Source: Gemmatimonadaceae bacterium | GTDB taxonomy: Bacteria; Gemmatimonadota; Gemmatimonadetes; Gemmatimonadales; Gemmatimonadaceae | Assembly (NCBI GenBank): GCA_036262535.1 | Contig: DATAIS010000003.1 | Span: forward strand, 1 to 59,920 | Reading direction: 5' to 3' | DNA: 59,920 nt | Shown here: positions 58,002 to 59,920 of the stretch, piece by piece | Layout of the letters: each line of letters starts with the position of its first letter | Numbering within the stretch: the first letter of the stretch is position 1 | Translations under genes and position numbers: made by a program | The notes under the pieces: model-generated | What the model was told of the DNA's origin: nothing | The model's database searches: none | The model's input: the letters and a program-made list of their open reading frames with translations, nothing else

Positions 58002-58951
58002 GCCGCCTCCTTGCGCCGTGCGTCGGAGGCCTGCTGCTGCTCGGCGGCAGCGCGCTCGACGTCGCGCACGATGGCGCGCGCGTCGCGTCCGAGCTCGCGC
58101 GCACGCTCGGCCGAGAGCGGGCGCCGTGCGAACTTCACCAGGTCCGCTTCCTCGAGCACCGCGGCGAGCTTCCCGTGCGGGATGAGCTTCGAGGCGCGCA
58201 GGGCGGCGACGAGCTCGGACGACGTCAGGGATGCCCGCGCCTCGGGGAGACGTCGCGCGAGGTAGTCGCGCAGCACGTCCACCATCAGCGCGACGTGACG
58301 CCCTCGCTCGCCGGCATCGACGAGGCCGAGCGCCTCGACGCGCGCGAACTCGCGCTCGGCGAAGAGTATGGCGTCCTCGACCGCGGCATCGCCGCGACGC
58401 TTGCGGCGCCGCCAGAGCCACCAGGCGAGGAGGAGGGCGAGCAGGACGGCGAGGATCACCGGCCACCAGCGCTGCCACCAGGGCACGGGGACGTCGAGTG
58501 GCGGACGCGGCGGCTTGGGGACGTGCAGCGTCGTGTCGGTCGGAAGCACCGACCGCACGTGCACCTGGACGTCGCCTAACGGCACGCGGCGCTCGGCGCC
58601 CCCGAGCCTGACGACGACGTCGCCGAAGCCCGGCGCGAGGTCGCCGACGTCCCAGGCGACGAGCTGGTAGAAGGCAGTCTGCTCGACCACGCCGGGGACC
58701 TCGCGCGGCTGGATGCGCCGCGACGCCGTCGCCTCGAGGGCGCCGCCGCTGTCCGGCCCGGCCGGAAACTCGATCGTCGCACCAGCGGGAGCCTGGACGC
58801 GCACACTCAGCTGGATCGGATCGCCGACGGCGACCGTCTCCGGCCGCACGGCGATGCCAAGCCGCACCGCTGCGAGCTCGTCGCCCTGCGCTTTCGCGAC
58901 GCCAGGGGCGCCGAGCAGGGCGATCATCAGGAAAGCCAGGCGACGCATCAC
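57998..58951 (-). CDS. DUF4381-like membrane protein of the Bat/MoxR operon, with an extra N-terminal secreted domain
   Basis: 317 aa. Signal peptide MMRRLAFLMIALLGAPGVAKA, a roughly 140-aa beta-rich region, and the TM helix WWPVILAVLLALLLAWWLW. The C-terminus (ELVAALRASKL...LEEADLVKFAR) is typical of DUF4381. Confidence 0.6.
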   Translation of the reverse strand: MMRRLAFLMIALLGAPGVAKAQGDELAAVRLGIAVRPETVAVGDPIQLSVRVQAPAGATIEFPAGPDSGGALEATASRRIQPREVPGVVEQTAFYQLVAWDVGDLAPGFGDVVVRLGGAERRVPLGDVQVHVRSVLPTDTTLHVPKPPRPPLDVPVPWWQRWWPVILAVLLALLLAWWLWRRRKRRGDAAVEDAILFAEREFARVEALGLVDAGERGRHVALMVDVLRDYLARRLPEARASLTSSELVAALRASKLIPHGKLAAVLEEADLVKFARRPLSAERARELGRDARAIVRDVERAAAEQQQASDARRKEAA

Positions 58952-59904
58952 CGCCGGCGGCTCCGCGTCGCGCGGTTGCGGAAGAAGCGCATCAGCGGCT
59001 CGACGTAGCCGCTGTCCGTGCGGACGACGATCTCGTCGATCGCGAGCCGGCGCAACAGGCGACGCCGCGCGTTTCGCTCCTCCTCGGTGGCGCGAAGGAA
59101 GCGATCGCGCACGCCGCGGTCGCTCGTGTCCACGTCCACCGTCTCACCCGTCTCGGGATCCACGAAGCGCGCCAGGCCGACGTCGGGAAGCATCCGCTCG
59201 GCGGGATCCTCGACCGAGATCGCGATCACGTCGTGGCGCTGCGCGAGCCGCTTGAGCGGGCGCTCGAGCTCGGCCTCGAGGAAATCCGAGATGACAAAGA
59301 TGATCGTGTGGTGCCGGAGCATCCGCGACAGGTACTGTAGCGCGCCGGCGAGGTCGGTCTTCGTGCCCTTCGGCTCGAAGGCGAGCAGATCGCGGATGAG
59401 TCTGAGTGCCTGACGGCGGCCCTTCCCGGGAGGAACGACGTGCTCCACCTGGTCGGTGAAGAGCATGGCGCCGACGCGGTCGTTGTTGCGCACCGCGGAC
59501 ATGCCGAGCACCGCACCGAGCTCGGTCGCGAGCTCGCTCTTGAAGCGTCCCTGGGTGCCGAAGCGCTCGGAGCCGGAGAGATCGACGGCGAGCATCACCG
59601 TCAGCTCACGCTCCTCGATATAGCGCTTCACGAAGGGACGGCGCATGCGCGCCGTGACGTTCCAGTCGATCGAGCGCACCTCGTCGCCGGGCTGGTACTC
59701 GCGCACCTCGGCGAACTCCATCCCCTGCCCCTTGAAGACGGAGTGGTACTCGCCGCTGAATAGCGAGTTGACGAGCCCACGCGTGCGGAGCTCGATCAGC
59801 TTGACCTGACGCAGGATCTCCGGCGGGACGCGGGCCGGCTTTTCCGGCGCTCCCGTGGCGCGCGCCGCCGTCGCGGCGCGGGACGGAGCGGCGGGTGCGG
59901 TCAC
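58948..59904 (-). CDS. DUF58 domain protein (MoxR-associated, VWA-like)
   Basis: 318 aa, GTG start. GEYHSVFKGQGMEFAEVREYQPGDEVRSIDWNVTAR is the DUF58 signature. A VWA-like segment (VDLSGS) follows. Confidence 0.85.
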   Translation of the reverse strand: MTAPAAPSRAATAARATGAPEKPARVPPEILRQVKLIELRTRGLVNSLFSGEYHSVFKGQGMEFAEVREYQPGDEVRSIDWNVTARMRRPFVKRYIEERELTVMLAVDLSGSERFGTQGRFKSELATELGAVLGMSAVRNNDRVGAMLFTDQVEHVVPPGKGRRQALRLIRDLLAFEPKGTKTDLAGALQYLSRMLRHHTIIFVISDFLEAELERPLKRLAQRHDVIAISVEDPAERMLPDVGLARFVDPETGETVDVDTSDRGVRDRFLRATEEERNARRRLLRRLAIDEIVVRTDSGYVEPLMRFFRNRATRSRRR

Positions 59905-59920
59905 GGCGACTCGATCTTGT

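Noticed and set aside
59901-59920. Last 20 nt as the 3' end of a MoxR AAA+ ATPase gene.
   Set aside because: Only 6 codons (..KIESP-stop) are visible. The identity rests purely on operon context, so it is not listed as a feature.

Overview
High-GC (about 70% by eye, not computed) bacterial chromosomal window. It is tightly packed, mostly minus-strand, and almost entirely housekeeping. I found no mobile element, CRISPR array, prophage, or recognisable defence or toxin island, so no clearly novel multi-gene system is claimed.

Gene order, left to right:
- The 5' end of a 16S rRNA gene with two tandem TTGACN-N17-TAGAAT promoters.
- A plus-strand sugar-aldehyde cluster: aldolase/SDR fusion, long DERA-type deoC, and an 812-aa double aldehyde dehydrogenase.
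- A tRNA-Pro/Arg/Lys operon.
- rdgB, rph, rfaE-domain-II gene, small envelope lipoproteins, and a HEAT-repeat/cyclophilin lipoprotein.
- Thioesterase, lpxH-like gene, murI.
- selD containing an in-frame UGA (selenocysteine), followed directly by tRNA-Sec.
- One long co-directional string: rimP, nusA, L7Ae-like gene, infB, rbfA, truB, ribF, secD, secF, tatD, ridA.
- murA and pgeF.
- serS, orphan histidine kinase, pcrA/uvrD, gatC, gatA, gatB.
- A plus-strand Roadblock/receiver/two-nucleotidyltransferase/MBL cluster.
- groES-groEL with a perfect CIRCE operator.
- mutL, miaA, bshA-like gene, ubiA-family gene, uppP, birA, coaX.
- A Bat/MoxR-type (DUF58, DUF4381, VWA, TPR) operon running off the right edge.

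Observations most worth a second look:
1. The 8-mer CGTTAGGC/GCCTAACG occurs 13 times. All copies lie inside genes, in three reading registers, and they force rare codons.
2. The selD(UGA)/tRNA-Sec module, which the ORF track splits.
3. A 140-nt groES-groEL spacer built from GCTAACA-type heptads arranged as a long inverted repeat.
4. A promoter followed by an intrinsic terminator in the leader of rimP-nusA-infB.

CDS ends come from the ORF track. Starts were trimmed by arithmetic on the supplied translations. Coordinates of non-coding features were anchored to ORF translations where possible, otherwise they are good to about +/-2 nt.
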